Origin: Felis catus
Taxonomy: Eukaryota
Assembly: GCF_018350175.1 (NCBI RefSeq)
Contig: NC_058369.1
Span: forward strand, 26,662,001 to 26,726,000
DNA: 64,000 bases
Reading direction: 5' to 3'
Position 1 is the first letter of the stretch, and the number at the start of each line of letters is the position of its first letter. Of this stretch, positions 12,142-25,677 are shown in pieces. Under the pieces are notes generated by a model. The model did no database searches. It was not told the origin of the DNA and saw only the letters and a program-made list of their open reading frames with translations. Made by a program: the position numbers and the translations under genes.

Positions 12142-15100
12142 AAAATTAAAGACAGTAAGTTTTGCCATATTGTTAAATTTGGGACAAACATAAGATATAA
12201 TAGATAACACTCTGAGAACGAGGGCAGTTTATTTCACGGGGTGACTTTCATAGTCACTAAACACAGAACTCCTCACACATTTCAGTGTTATACTGACTCC
12301 AATATCAGTTTTCATATATCATTTCTATAGTGGTATAAGAACATCTGCTCATCAGATTTATCTGCAGCTTAGCACAACCAACTCCTTACCTTTTTTAGTT
12401 CAGGAGAATTAAAAGAAAACTCATTACACCCAAAGAGAATTGAGAAGTTAATGAATGTGTAGATCAGAACAAATTAAGAGCTATTAACTATAAAGAACCT
12501 GAAATGCCAATATATTATATATTGGACACGTAGCAGCGAGCAATCATTACGTAAAACGCTGATATGCTGATGAGCAAAGAAATGGAACAGATCCTAGAAA
12601 CGCAGGCCCTGGTCCTTTTGGTGGCGCTGTTGCTATGCACTAGTGTCAGGAAAACCCAAATTCCTAAAATTTGCCACGAGCACAAGAAGCTTTGCTTCCC
12701 CATGACCAAGCTGCTAGAAATTCTGGGGTGAGGGAGAGAAGAGAAGGCTAAATAAAAGAACAGGAGATAAGATAATCCTGCCATGTTAAAAGGTAAAGAC
12801 AATATTTTCATGTTGTTATGTAAAACCTATGAAAATGGCAAAAATGTTGCAAGGTTAATCAAGACCATAAATAACTTGTCTGAGAACCTCACCATATGCT
12901 TGTAATTTTATTAAGTGCATTTTGCCTGGTTTCTCCAAATAGTATGCTTTGCAATGTGCCATGTTGATGGATGCATGCGATGAGCGTTTTTTTTTTTTTT
13001 TAAACAAGCTGAGGAGAGTTATGTGCTTGATATTGAATTATGGGAATTCTTAACTTGAAGGAATGATGGCTTTAGGGTATCTGCCTACAGGTTTGCATGC
13101 ACATGAGGAACGCTTTTCTTGAATCTAGGGTAAAGGCAGGACAGAGAAATAATGAAAGAGTGAAAATAATAAAATAACGGAAGGGTTTATTTGTAAAGCT
13201 CTGAGGGGTAAGTCTGGATTTCAGTGGTTAAGCTCACATCCAAACAAGCATAGTAGAACCTCTACCTATCTATCCTTAGAGCCCTCAGCGGTCACAAAAA
13301 AGGGAAATGTCCTAGAAATCTTTTCTGATCACTCAGGTGGCCCTTTGAGGAGAATAACTTTGGGGGAGCAGCAGATAAGAGCTGTGCGTGTACTCTGTTA
13401 GGCACTGGGCATGTGCATTCCCCACACCCACTCAGTTCTCACCACACCAATAAAACGAAGCCCTTTTACTGCTCCTAAGTTTACAGGCGATCGTGCCAGT
13501 AAATGGAAGAGCTGGGATCTGAGCTCAGGTTGGCTGATGCAGGTCTACATTCTTTTGGCAAGAAGCTGCTACCATTAATAGCTACTCTTTTTCCTTAAAA
13601 AGAAACCATACACATACCCACCTACCCATGACACGGTTTTATGCTATTGTCAATCAAAAGCCCTCACCAAAATAAAATTCATTTAAGAATCCATCATAAG
13701 CAACTCCTAACTCCCGTCCTAAGGCTTCCCAGAGCCAAGTTTTTAAATAAATCTCATGAGAGCTACTCCTAACGGAAACCCTCCAAAATTGATTACTTGT
13801 AGCCTGGTTTCCACAGAAGTTGTAAAGTATTGTTTTAATTGAATTTGGTTCTAAGTTAGAAACTTTGAAAAATTTGTCTGTCAAAGGCCAATGGATTTCT
13901 CAGTAGGCTTGATTTATTTAGCAAAAGATGCCTACAAAAGCCAATTTGCTATGAGAAATATGGTTACATTTAATTACACTTTTAAATGACTAATTTATTA
14001 TGTCTAAACACCTTTTAAACAGTACATATTACTCTGAACTGTACAGATGCTGAGAAAAGCTGAGGAATCAAAACTGGTAGTAAACACAATAGATTTTGCT
14101 AAAGACTCTTCATTTTACTTTGCATAGGCTTTTGGGTTTCAGACTGCAGTGTGTGAAGTAGTTATGTAAAGATGCTAAATTGAATGTGACCTGCTTAAAT
14201 CTCCTTTTTAAACCATTGGTCATCAAGCCCTGAGAGATTTCTTTCCTTTGTGTATGTAATATCCATTTATCAAACTTGAATGTAAAATATTACCTGCATT
14301 GGTCAGGGTTTATTTAAGCAAAGCCAAGTTGATGTTTATTTTGGAATTTTGATGAAAATTATGCTATTGTAGAGTAAAAAAGGAGAACCTTTTAATACTT
14401 CTGGTTTATTCATTCAATCTGTGACCAGTGATTGAAGGTGACCTCATGCCAGGCACTGGGCTCAGCACGGTCCTGCCTTCCAAGAACTCACAACCAGGCC
14501 TGGGGCACACTGCTAACAATGGTTCCCTGATGTGGTAAACGCTAACACCGAGCCTGAAGATAATGGGAACCCACAGAAGGAAGCAAATAAATCTGTGCAG
14601 GGTGGTTGAGGGTCAAAGAGGGTTTCATGAAGCAGTTATGTTTGAGTTGGGCCTTGGAAGACAAGGGGTGCTCCAGGTAGAGGAGAGGGGTGGAGGGTCT
14701 CCAGGAATAGGGAAAAGCATGATGAGCAATGACATGATTGACATGATCTGGACAAGGGCATCGCATGATCTGTGCAAGCTGCACAGTGTAGCCAAAGTAT
14801 GGGGGAGTTCTGTGTATCTGCTGGGTAGGGGTTGGTAGTGATGGTGGGATAAGCAAAGAGTTCTGTTTAAGGTGACGGAGAAACAAAGAGGTTATCCTGT
14901 TAAAGGAGAGACTCCACCCTCACGTCCATAGATGCAATTCTGTTCCTTTTCAGAACTCGGAATTCCTTTCCCCCTCTTTCCACATGGTGAGCGTGCACTC
15001 ATTCTTCAACTCTGGCTTAACTGTAGTCTTCTCTGTGAAACAGGTAGAATTAATTGTTCCCTCTGATGTGGGCCTCTCTTCTGTATCTATTATAGAACTC

Positions 15101-15878
15101 TTTATTCTCTTATCACTACTGCCCCGACTTACGGGTAGCTGTTTACTCTCTACCTTCCTCCAACCCAGTGAACATCTCAAGGCTGGGTCAAGCCTTATTT
15201 GTATCCCCAGCACAGTTCACAGCATACTGTACCACTCAAAAACAAAAGCCAAAGCAAAAAACAAGTATGTGGAATGAATTAATGTGGGACAGATAAGCTA
15301 GGTTGAGGTGAGAGTATAACAGCACTCTAGCTGGTCTTAAGGGCTGCTTCAAGTTAACACACTCCTTACTTGCTGCCTGAAGGCCCCTGATCTGTAACAG
15401 AACTAACACACTTTCTTTGAGATTTGCAGACCATTGGTCTTGAGGAGTGAAGGACCAGAACTTTCCCAGACCACAGAGGCCAGCAAGTCTGTCTGAAGTC
15501 ACCTTGGCTTTCCGACTAGCCCAGCAAATTTTGGCAAAATGTTTTTCTTTTTCAGGTCACACAAAAGATTTTACTGACCTCCCTCTGTGTAGCTGTAGAA
15601 CTTGCCCTCCTTTGTGGAAAGAACAGTGCTTCTGTGCATCACGAAACAAGAACTGGACCCCCTCACACAACCCCTGAGCCCTGAGAGAATGTCTGTAGCT
15701 GGCACCATCGAGTCTGCGTGTGATCAACAGATGTTACTGGCCACCGCACTCACTCTGCTGATTAACTACCCTAAACTCCTTTAAAAACTCCTGGGCCATG
15801 CAGAAACCTTGGAGTTGCCCTTTGGCCAAGGGTCTGCCTGCTGGCCTCCTGAATAAAGCTCAAACTCCTTTCCTTTCC

Positions 15879-16109
15879 TTTTTTTTTTTTTTAATTTTTT
15901 TTCTACGTTTTTTTATTTATTTTTGGGACAGAGAGAGACAGAGCATGAACGGGGGAGGGGCAGAGAGAGAGGGAGACACAGAATCGGAAACAGGATCCAG
16001 GCTCTGAGCCATCAGCCCAGAGCGTGACGCGGGGCTCGAACTCACGGACCGCGAGATCGTGACCTGGCTGAAGTCGGACGCTTAACGGACTGCGCCACCC
16101 AGGCGCCCC
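15879..16109 (-). mobile_element. Young felid Can-SINE
   Basis: CpG-rich and nearly identical to the copy at 48975-49202. Confidence 0.96.
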
Positions 16110-16120
16110 TCCTTTCTTTC

Positions 16121-16248
16121 TTTTTTTTTTTTTTTTAAGTAGGCTTTCACGTCCAATGCAGGGCCCAACATGGGCTCAACGTGGGGCTCAAAGACTTGAG
16201 CTGAGATCAAGAGTCAAATGCTTAACCAGCTGAGCCACCCAGGTGCCC
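16121..16248 (-). mobile_element. Short older Can-SINE
   Basis: tRNA-derived head (gggcacctgggtggctcagctggttaagc), no (CT)n tract, poly-T on the + strand. Confidence 0.85.
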
Positions 16249-17666
16249 CTACCCTTTCCAATCCAAACTCATCTCTCGAGTAATGATCTTTCAGGTGATG
16301 GGCAGGTGAACTTGGGTTCGGGAACAAGAGTGTAATGGAGATATTCCTGGCTGTTAGTAGCAGAAAGGAAGGTCTCTTACAATGAGGCCTCGTGAAGCTA
16401 CAGCAGGCTTTAGAGCTAAGTCTGAAGAGATAATCAGGTATGAGGTACAAGGATGTGTGCAGAGTGTGTTCTGGAAGTTATAACTTGGACCAAAAGTGTG
16501 GAACGAAAGCTGAGGAACAGTGAGAGATGAGCCCAGGGAGTGGGGCAGGTCTCAGATCATGGGGGGTCTTGTATTTTGCCTAAACAAAGAGGCAATGGGA
16601 AGCTAGGAAAGGCTTTATGCAGGGAAGAGATAAGATTAGATCTGGGCTTTAGGAAGATCACTAGTGTGAATAATAAAGATAATAATGATAACTAACTTTA
16701 ATTTACCAAATGCCTATTATGCCTCAGATACAGTGCCAAGTGCTTTACAAGGTCACAGCTTGGATTTGAACCCTGGCAATTTGTTCTCAGAGCAGAGGCT
16801 CCTCACCATCAGGCTGTGGTGCCTGGCCTGGAGGCAGAGAGGTAACCAGGAGACTATGGAAGGAATGTGGAGGAAAATAAAGTGCCAAAGCTATGGTGTT
16901 AGGTGGTGAGGGGATTTGGAAATGAAGGGGTGGGAGAAGTGGAGGTGTCCTCCACATTTCTGGTTTGAGTGCCAGTGTGGATGGTGGCACCATTGAGATA
17001 CACAAAAAGCAGGAGACCATCATGATCAAGTTATGAGTTTGTTCTTCTTTTTCACCCTCCCTGTACAACTTCTAAAGGGAAAGGCATGAGCTCTCAGACA
17101 GACCACAATGGTTCTTGCAAATTGCTCTATTTAAACTCTGTATGAACAACAAGATGCAGTGTTCATTAAGAAATGCAATTTTCCATTTGGTGATAGTTCC
17201 AATATTGAAATAGGCTGAATTTGATGCAATAATAAACATCTTATGAATACCAAAGGTAGGCTTTTCAATTATTTTCTCTGTCTAAAAAATAGACTGTTTT
17301 CAATTTCTCATTTGGTCAAATGGAGGGGTTATTAAGTTCATTACCAAAGATGTTATTTTCGGCCACGCACTTTTAGAGCGGAGCAGTTGTTGTGCATGAG
17401 GACTTCAGTCCTTGCCAGAACAGGACAGGGATGAGAACACCGTATCCAGGGCAACCAAGAGCTCAGCCTTTTCAGTCCATAAATAATCATTCCTCAGTTT
17501 GCCCTTTGTAATGCTGGTCTCCAAGTTACTTCACGACAGAAAGAGCTTGTTTAGGGGGCCACTGTTCTTTTTCTTACTTTCCATTTAAATGACTGCTAAG
17601 GATTATTTTATAAGAAAGGAATATTTCAATTCCATTCTAAATTATATTGGCAAAAGTCTGCAACTT

Positions 17667-18134
17667 CTTTTTTTTTTTTAAGTTTATTTATTTATTTTGA
17701 GAGAGAAAGAGAGAGCATGGGTGCATGCAAGTGCACACACAAGCTGGGGAGGGGCAGAGAGAGAGGGAGAGAGAGAATCCCAAGCAGGCTCCATGCTGTC
17801 AGCACAGAGCCTGACGAGGGGCTTGATCCCATGAACTGTGAGATCATGACCTGAGCTGAGATTAAGAGTTGGACATTTTGGGGCGCCTGGGTGGCTCAGT
17901 CGGTTAAGCCTCCGACTTCAGCTCAGGTCACGATCTCACAGTCCGTGAGTTCGAGCCCCACGTTGGGCTCTGGGCTAATGGCTCAGAGCCTGGAGCCTGC
18001 TTCCGATTCTGTGTCTCCCTCTCTCTCTGCCCCTCCCCCGTTCATGCTCTGTCTCTCTCTGTCTCAAAACTAAATAAACGTTAAAAAAAAAAAAAAGAGT
18101 TGGACATTTAACCGACTGAGCCACCTAGGAGCCC
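17667..18134 (-). mobile_element. Can-SINE (host copy) split by a second SINE
   Basis: Body at 17667-17878 resumes at 18097-18134; outer TSD ctgcaactt at 17658 and 18135. Confidence 0.92.
17880..18096 (+). mobile_element. Can-SINE nested in opposite orientation
   Basis: Perfect 15-bp TSD aagagttggacattt at 17864 and 18095. Confidence 0.95.
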
Positions 18135-18619
18135 CTGCAACTTATTCTTATGTTCTTAGCTCTGGCTCCAAGGATACTCTGAGTAACCAGCACACAGAAA
18201 TATTTTTCTTTGGTCGGGGGGAGGGGTAGATACTCTTTGGCACCAAGGCTGCTGGAGGAGTTACACAGGCCTGATCATTCAGTTTAATGAAAATATAACT
18301 AAGGCAAGAGAAGCCTGCCCCCACGTCTTGTTAGAGCCAATCTGAATTCGTCCTCCATGAAGACTTGTTAAGTACTCTCCAGAGCAAAAATCTCACCTTC
18401 TGCTGGATGTAGCACTTATTTGGCAAATTAAGTCCCACATTGAGAAGTCACTTTATCATGGTGGTTAGAAGCTCAGACTCAGGAGTCCTGCCAAGCTAAG
18501 GCTGAATCATTTCACTCAACAGTCTCAATTTTCCCATCTGGAAATGGGAACTTAACAGCATTTACCACACAGGACAGCAGTAAGGAATGGATTAGATAAC
18601 ACATGTAAGGCCTAGTGCC

Positions 18620-18965
18620 AGAGCATCTGAGATTTCTAAGACCTACAAAGATGCTGGAGACTTGGGAAAAAAAATTTCTTGGAAGGAAAATCGCAAAATT
18701 AATGAATATTTAATTCAATACTTAAAACATATGTTATCCACTGTCAACTACACTTGAACTCAACCTTTATATAATTTTATATAAATATAAATCAGTTACT
18801 CAGTTTTATATTCCCTTTCAAAAATTGTATAGTAAAAAAGTTGTATTTATTGTTGGATCACAGTGTATTTTAATGTTTGATCTGATATTGAATGTGACCT
18901 TATATGTAAATATAAGTAAACTACAAGTAAATTTCCTTGGGCCAATGGAGGTCTTAAAATGTCTC
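18620..18965. mobile_element. Non-autonomous DNA transposon remnant inside a MIR
   Basis: Imperfect terminal inverted repeats gagatttctaagacct / aggtcttaaaatgtctc around an AT-rich core; MIR-like sequence on both sides. Confidence 0.45.
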
Positions 18966-19610
18966 TAGGTACTTAAAGAAATGGTAGCTCTAATTACCAC
19001 TATTATAATAATACTGATTTTATTATTCTGCCTTATGGCGTTTTTAAAGCTGTATAGGACTGTTCTGTCAGTGCTTCTGCTTTGTCCTTCCAATTCAGCC
19101 TTAAGATCCTTGAGGACAGTATTAGGAAAAATGGACTGAGTCAAAACACTGGGTTCTTCTCTGGTTCCACCACTCACCAGGTGTGGAAGCTTGGACCCAG
19201 GATAGGTTAGTTTCTTCACCTGAAGAATGGGAAGGCCCTGACCTGATCCAGCTCCTTGGCTGGCCTATAGTGAGGATGGTGGGCCATGTTTAAAAGGGCT
19301 TTAACTGTATAAACGTACGGGAAAATACAAGCTGCTGGAGCATCTGCAATGCCTACCATGGCCCTTAGACACAGGGAGGAGTAAACATCCTTCTTTTTCA
19401 TTTATTTAATAAACATTCATTTAACAAATATGGACCCTCTTCTGTGTGCCAGGGCTTGTGCTAGGAGCTGGGGATACAGTGAGATACCCAGAATTGACAG
19501 TAAAATTACTCTTTTTTGCTTTCAATGTATGTTTGTATATATCACCATACAATTACCTGAAGGTAAGACAATTTAAGAAAAGACAGACCTAAAATGGGCT
19601 CTGAATATTT

Positions 19611-19733
19611 TTCTTTTTTTTTTTTTTAATAATTTTTATTTTTAAGTAATCTCTACATCTGACCTGGGGCTTGAACTTACAACCTCGAGATCGAGAATGG
19701 CATGTTCTACTGACTGAGTCAGCCAGGCGCTCC
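19611..19733 (-). mobile_element. Short old Can-SINE
   Basis: tRNA-like head with poly-T; TSD aatgggctct(g/a)aatattt. Confidence 0.88.
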
Positions 19734-19869
19734 TGAATGGGCTCTAAATATTTCTCATGGGGAGTGTTCTCATGCTGGCCCCAGTTTTCCCAGGCAAGGC
19801 TGGGCTTTGTTAGAAAGAAGCTTGCTTGCCATTAAGGCAATAAACAAAGATGCAAATCCCTAGACTCAC

Positions 19870-20073
19870 AGGTGGCAGGCAGGAGTTCCAGGTGGTTGTG
19901 TCGTCACTGCTGGTGCTAATGCTGACATTACAGTTGTCCACCTGGGAAGCACTCAGGCCATGGGAAGCCCCCATATCCTCCAGTTCTTCATTCTGTTGCC
20001 GCCGCAGGCTGGCCAGCATTTGCAACTCAGATTCACTCATCTGGCTGGGCTGATAGTTCCTCCAGTCATATTC
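19870..20073 (-). CDS. CFAP20DC: CFAP20DC internal coding exon G (204 nt, phase 0 to 0)
   Basis: Pyrimidine-rich acceptor ttggtcag|GAA, donor CCT|gtgagt. Encodes [33 protein letters not shown]...[15 protein letters not shown]. Confidence 0.94.
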
Positions 20074-20874
20074 CTGACCAAGAGAGAAGAAAGGGACAGA
20101 ACAAAGGGTTACTTGGCCATTCTTAATTTATTCTATTCACTACCAACAGATGTTACTCTATAGCCTTAATCCCTTTCAAGGGCTCTCCACTGACTGATGC
20201 CCTGACCCTTAAAGTGCCCTTATACAATGCCTACCCCACCTGCCTCACTTTGTTTGCTCCCAGCACATCAGCTACACTGTCTTTCATTAAAGTCCTCAAG
20301 AGCATCAGACTCATGTCTGCCTTAGTGCCTATGCACATGCTAGCCTGTGTGCCCCACGTACTGGCTAACTCCTAGGTGCCCTTTGGGTCCCAAATTGTGT
20401 CATCTTCCAGGGAAGCCTTTTAGGACAAACACAAACTGGGTCAGCCCCTCCACAGTAAGTGCTCTCATGGAATCATAAGGTGCTCATTTTTTAGCATTTA
20501 TCACAATTGCAGTTATGCAATCATTTATGGGATTCACAGGTGGTCTACAGGCTCTACAAAGGCAAGCACCATTGCCTTACACTCATTGTATTTCTCATGT
20601 CTGGCGCTTGACCAGTGTTTGACTACAAAAAAATTCAAAAAGTTTTTTTTAAAAAGAAAAATCACTTTCCAGGTGAAAATCCAGTTTACAAGAATACTGA
20701 TGAATTTCATCACTGTAAACATTATGACCAAATACATTCAACTTTCAGTAAGATTGAGAATGACTGATGCTAATAAAAGCCACCAAATAAAATATAATCT
20801 TAAGATGGGAACAAGTAAGTTCTGAAAGCCATAAAGACCTCATAGCTATAACAAACACACTGAACTGGACTTTA

Positions 20875-20919
20875 CTATATATATACATATATATAATACT
20901 ATATATATGTAATACAGAT

Positions 20920-20950
<31 letters not shown>
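20875..20950. repeat. Compound (TA)n microsatellite
   Basis: Read directly. Confidence 0.9.
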
Positions 20951-21744
20951 AATCTGTCTGGTATATTTCTCCCCAAGAATACTACTACAAATCTTTAGAG
21001 GCTAATGGAAATATTCTTTCAACGTACAGGGAAGAAACTGTCATATGGAATTTTCAAAAACCTTTCTTTCTCTATGGTCTAAAACCAAGTTTGATGGCAA
21101 AGGTTAATTTTAACATCGCTAAAATGTTAGCATCACTTGTGAGTACTGATTTACATCCGGGACTGCCGTATAACTTAAAAACAATCTTGGAATTTTCTTG
21201 CCCATCTGCAAACACTGGTTGTGCTCAAAAAGGTTTCATGACACACTAGAATTTTTTAGATACTCAAACCTCTATACTTACTTTCTCGGAGGACTCTTTG
21301 AGACAGCTACTGTCTTCTCTTCTTTTCTGCCTCATAGGGATGTAAAAAATTAAGGAAATATAATTTAAAAAATTCTTGTGTTTCTACGACATTAAAAAGT
21401 TTTAAATAAAGTACTGTCATTATCATAACTAGGGGATTATGAAAGCTTGTGATCTAATAATGTGATGTAGACATTTTCTGGAAAAGTGCTAGTGGAAACT
21501 CATTTAAATTTTTATAATTTGTGGCTGCCGCAGCCTGGCACCCTGAGAGACCATGCAATCTCTAATAGGAGATTCCATGAGTATTTAATATGTTTTGAGA
21601 GTTCTTGAGACAAAACAGGTATCACAAGAAGAAAAAAATTTGTACTCTAATGAGTATCTAACGAGTGTTTTTTCTAATGAAAAATACTAAAACAAAAGAG
21701 AAACAGAAATAATTTAAATGTAGAAGAAATAGTTGGGGGAACAA

Positions 21745-22510
21745 TAAACATAAGAAAAGATGCTCAGCATCACTGTCATTAGAGAAATACAAATCAGCAC
21801 CGCAATGAAACACCATTCATACCCATTAGGGCTGTCATTATACACAGTTGGACAGTAACAAGTGTTGGTGAGGATGCAAAGAAATTGGAATCCTCACGAG
21901 TTGCTGGTGGGAATGTAAAATGATGCCACCACTTTGGAAAACAGTTAGGTGGTTCCTCAAAATGTTAAACATGGGCCACATGGCCCAGTAATTCACTCCT
22001 GGGTACATATGCAAGAGAAATGAAAACAGATGTTCATACAAAAACTTGAACACCAATGCTCACAGCAGCACTATTCATAATAGCCAAAAAGTGGAAACAA
22101 CCAAATGTCCATCACCTGATGAGTAGAGTTTTGCTTATCCACACAATGGAATGTAATTTACCCATGAAGGGTCATGAAATACTGACATGTGCTACAACAT
22201 GGATGAACCCTGAAAATATTCTGCTAAGTGAAAGAAACTGCAGACAAAAGGTCACAGATTGTATGATTCCATTTGTATGAGATGTTCAGAACAGGCCTAT
22301 CCATAGAGACAGAAAGCAGATGGGCTGTTGCCCAGGGCTGAGAGGTCTGGAATGGGGAGCGACTGCCAATGGGTATGCAGTGTCTTTTGTGGGGGATGCA
22401 AATGTTCTGAAATTACATGGTTACAGAATCTTGTGAATATGCTAAAAACTGAAACTGTACTCTTTAGGAGGCTGACTTTTATGGTATATGAATTATATCT
22501 CAATAAAAAC
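21745..22510 (+). mobile_element. Old L1 (L1M-type) ORF2 end plus 3' UTR fragment
   Basis: Degenerate ORF2 C-terminal motif (TAALFIIAKKWKQP) and a typical 3' end gtatatgaattatatctcaataaaa. Confidence 0.9.
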
Positions 22511-22874
22511 AAGGTAGTTCAGTACTCAGATGTGAAAACTAGACTCACAGCTTGACTGTGGGCTCAACAGTGAACATTGCGACTTGCTGTGCTTTGCTTC
22601 AGTTTTTCTGTCAAAAAAAAAGGAAAAAAAAGAAAAAAGGAAAACAAAAACGGAATGAAAGATTCTAATGTGTCACCTAAGCATGTTAAGTGGCTTGTCA
22701 TTGCTAACACACACTTTTACAGTGAGAAAGGAAATTCTGTTTTCATCTTTCTTGAGAAAGCTTTAATATGTACTCAGTGTGATTAATTCATCCATTCCTT
22801 TTATTTATTTAATCTACAAACCTGTACTGTGCCTCAGGTACAACCATAGGTGTTAGGGCAGAAAACCAAGAGAC

Positions 22875-23110
22875 AATGGGCAGTGGTTAAGCCTGACAGA
22901 TCTGAGTCTGGGCCCTAGTTCCATTGGTTAGCAGCTTGATGTGACTGGGCAAATTACCTAACCTCTCCCTTCCTCAGTTTCTTCATCTGTAAAATGGATA
23001 CCTCATGCATACCTCATATATACCTCATGTATACCTCATGTGATTTTCAGTGGGCTGAATGAAGTAATGTATGTAAAATGCTTAGCATAGTATCTGACAA
23101 ACAGCTACAC
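22875..23110 (+). mobile_element. MIR
   Basis: Core gggcaaattacctaacctctc...cctcagtttcttcatctgtaaaatgga. Confidence 0.85.
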
Positions 23111-23208
23111 TAAGGGCCCCCAAACTTAGGCTTTGTACCTCTATGAAAAAATGTTTGAGTATGTACCTTCTAATATATGATTATTTATAAATTAAACAAT
23201 GTGTGTAC

Positions 23209-23215
<7 letters not shown>

Positions 23216-23256
<41 letters not shown>
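23216..23256. repeat. (TG)n microsatellite
   Basis: Read directly. Confidence 0.95.
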
Positions 23257-23265
<9 letters not shown>

Positions 23266-25677
23266 GTTTTTTAAAGAGATAGGAGTTTATTGAATATACC
23301 ACAGGGAGTGGTGGGCAGGACAGAATAGGAGAGACTGTCTGCCACATGTATAGCTATATTAAACTAGTATGCATAGTATAAAACATATATAAAATGGTGG
23401 AGCTTAACAAAAATGGAAATAGCTCAAAAATTTTCTCCTTCAATGATCCCAATGGATCATTTTTAGTGTACATCTTGGGTGAGTACCTCCTTCTTGAGGA
23501 CCACAGAGTTGGCAATCAATACATACGCTTCCTGTTATTACTGTTCTTTCCTCTCCCCCCTCCACCCAGTGGGAGTTCATCTATTCTGTACTATGCCAGG
23601 AGCTGGGAGTATAAAGAAAATAAGACACACCTCTGTCCTCATAGAGCTCATAGATGAGAAACGGGAGACATAACAGGCATTATAAATCAGGGTATTATAT
23701 GTACCGGGATCAATACTACAACAGAGATATGACTAAGATGCTTGAGGAATGCAGTACAGCAATGACTAACTGCCCAGGCGAATTGGAAGACACCTCACAG
23801 GGGTCCAAGGTGACACTGGATAGTAATTAAATTTGTTGACAAAGGGAATGAGTGGCCTTCAGAGGGAGTGAGCTCTCTCTACCACCAGAAGTACTAAAGC
23901 AGAGGCTGGGGAAATGACACCTGCTGGGAATATTGCAGTAATCTGCAGTGGTGGAAATGGACCAATTGATTCATTCATTCATTTACTCTACAAATACTGA
24001 GACCCTATTGTTGGCCAGGAACTGTTGATGCTATGCACTCTGAATTTCCATGATTTTATTTCATACAATAGGAAAACGTGTTCTGACAACACCCTGGAAG
24101 AGGCAGCCAAAGATGAGCAGAGAAAGAAGTGACGTTCTCCAGGGTCATGAATAGAGCAACTGGTGGCAGAGACAGGTAATTAACTTAGTCTCCTGATACA
24201 TTCTTGATTTGTAATCTCTTAAACCATTTCAAAATTATCAGAAAGGCTGAATCATTTAGTCATATATATATATATATTTTTTTTTTTTTTGAAAGAAGTC
24301 TTGCAATAAAGTCTTCACATGAAAGAGGACTCAAGCACAAGACACTATCTAACTAAATTATACAACGCTTGAGAGGCAAGTGCCTTATCTAATTCTATCT
24401 CTGAAAGGCTCAAGATGTTATGTATAACCCAATTTTGCCTCAAAATATCCTTGGAGGAAAGAAGGGGGACATTGATATATCAGTCAGATTTGTTTCAGGA
24501 AGGAGGTAATGGGCTCAAGGCTATATACAATTCTGCTGTGCTCAGATTCCCAGGCAAGTCTTTCCCTCGTGAAGCCATTCAAGCCACTCATTTTCATTGA
24601 TCTTCCTTCAGACATTTTTAGAAGCCTAACACAGTGAAGCCACAAAGACAAATGAGATGTGGCCCCTTAGAATCTAGTAAGGAAATCAAGAGCTAGAAAA
24701 AAATGAACATAAAATAAGGTAGCATACACCTGGATGTAGTATTAATCAGTCTTAATCATGATTAAAAGGAAAATTGATAATTCCAGCAAAATAATAAAAC
24801 ACAACAAACAAAAATAACCTTATAACTTGATGCCCTTCACCTAATCTCTCTTCTCAAGCTAGTAAGGCAGAAGAGCTTAATTGATCAAACACGTGCCTAT
24901 AGAATGTTGTGAGCCTCAGATAAGAGTTCGTTTTACTGAACTGTTCTAAGGCTAAGTTCACAATGGTGGTGTAGAGCCAAAATGAGACACGGCCCTGGGT
25001 TAATAAGATCAGGTGAAGAAACTCATTCCATTCTATATGGATGGGAGAGTAATAAAATTGGGAGAAAATTGGGCCGTTATTCTCATTCTGGAACCGATAA
25101 AATCTCCAAGACTCTCTTTCTGAATCAGGTTTGCATTGTAACAGTGCCTGAAACTACAGCATACAGAACATCATGTTGTAAAAAACTCTTAATGAAAGGT
25201 CTACCAAACTATCCCTGGCTCTTTGTATTCTTTTAAGCTACACCAAGATACAAAAACTACTACTACAAAGGGATGGTGCCTGTTAGAGCAGAATATAATG
25301 TGAAAGGCAATGTGAGGAAAGGAGTTACACCAAACAGTCTGGCATTTCAGAAAAGAGAGAAGTCACCTCTTGTAGGATTGGTCAAGCTTCATGGAGGAGA
25401 GGGTCTCTAAGCTGGACCTCAAAGGATAAGAAGGGTGATACGGCAGCATATTCTAACCATCAGGCAGGAAAACATACGGCAAGCTAGAAGTATCGAGCTT
25501 ATGTTCATAAAAAGCATTAAATACACTAGAAATACTTAGACATACTGTTTCAGAAATGAAATTGGAAATCGAGTTCCAAAAGAACAAGGATGGAAATGCC
25601 TAGAATTTAATCTAAACCTTTTATGACCAAATGGCTTCCACTGCCCTACCCAAGTTTATTAAAAGTCTATGATTCTA

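Larger units (their letters stand above)
15448..16293 (+). mobile_element. Solo ERV LTR (probably ERV1 class) interrupted by two SINEs
   Basis: Starts TGAAGG, ends CTTTCA; TATA-like tttaaaa near 15780; AATAAA near 15853; flanks ggag / ggtg fit a 4-bp TSD with one mismatch. Confidence 0.65.
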
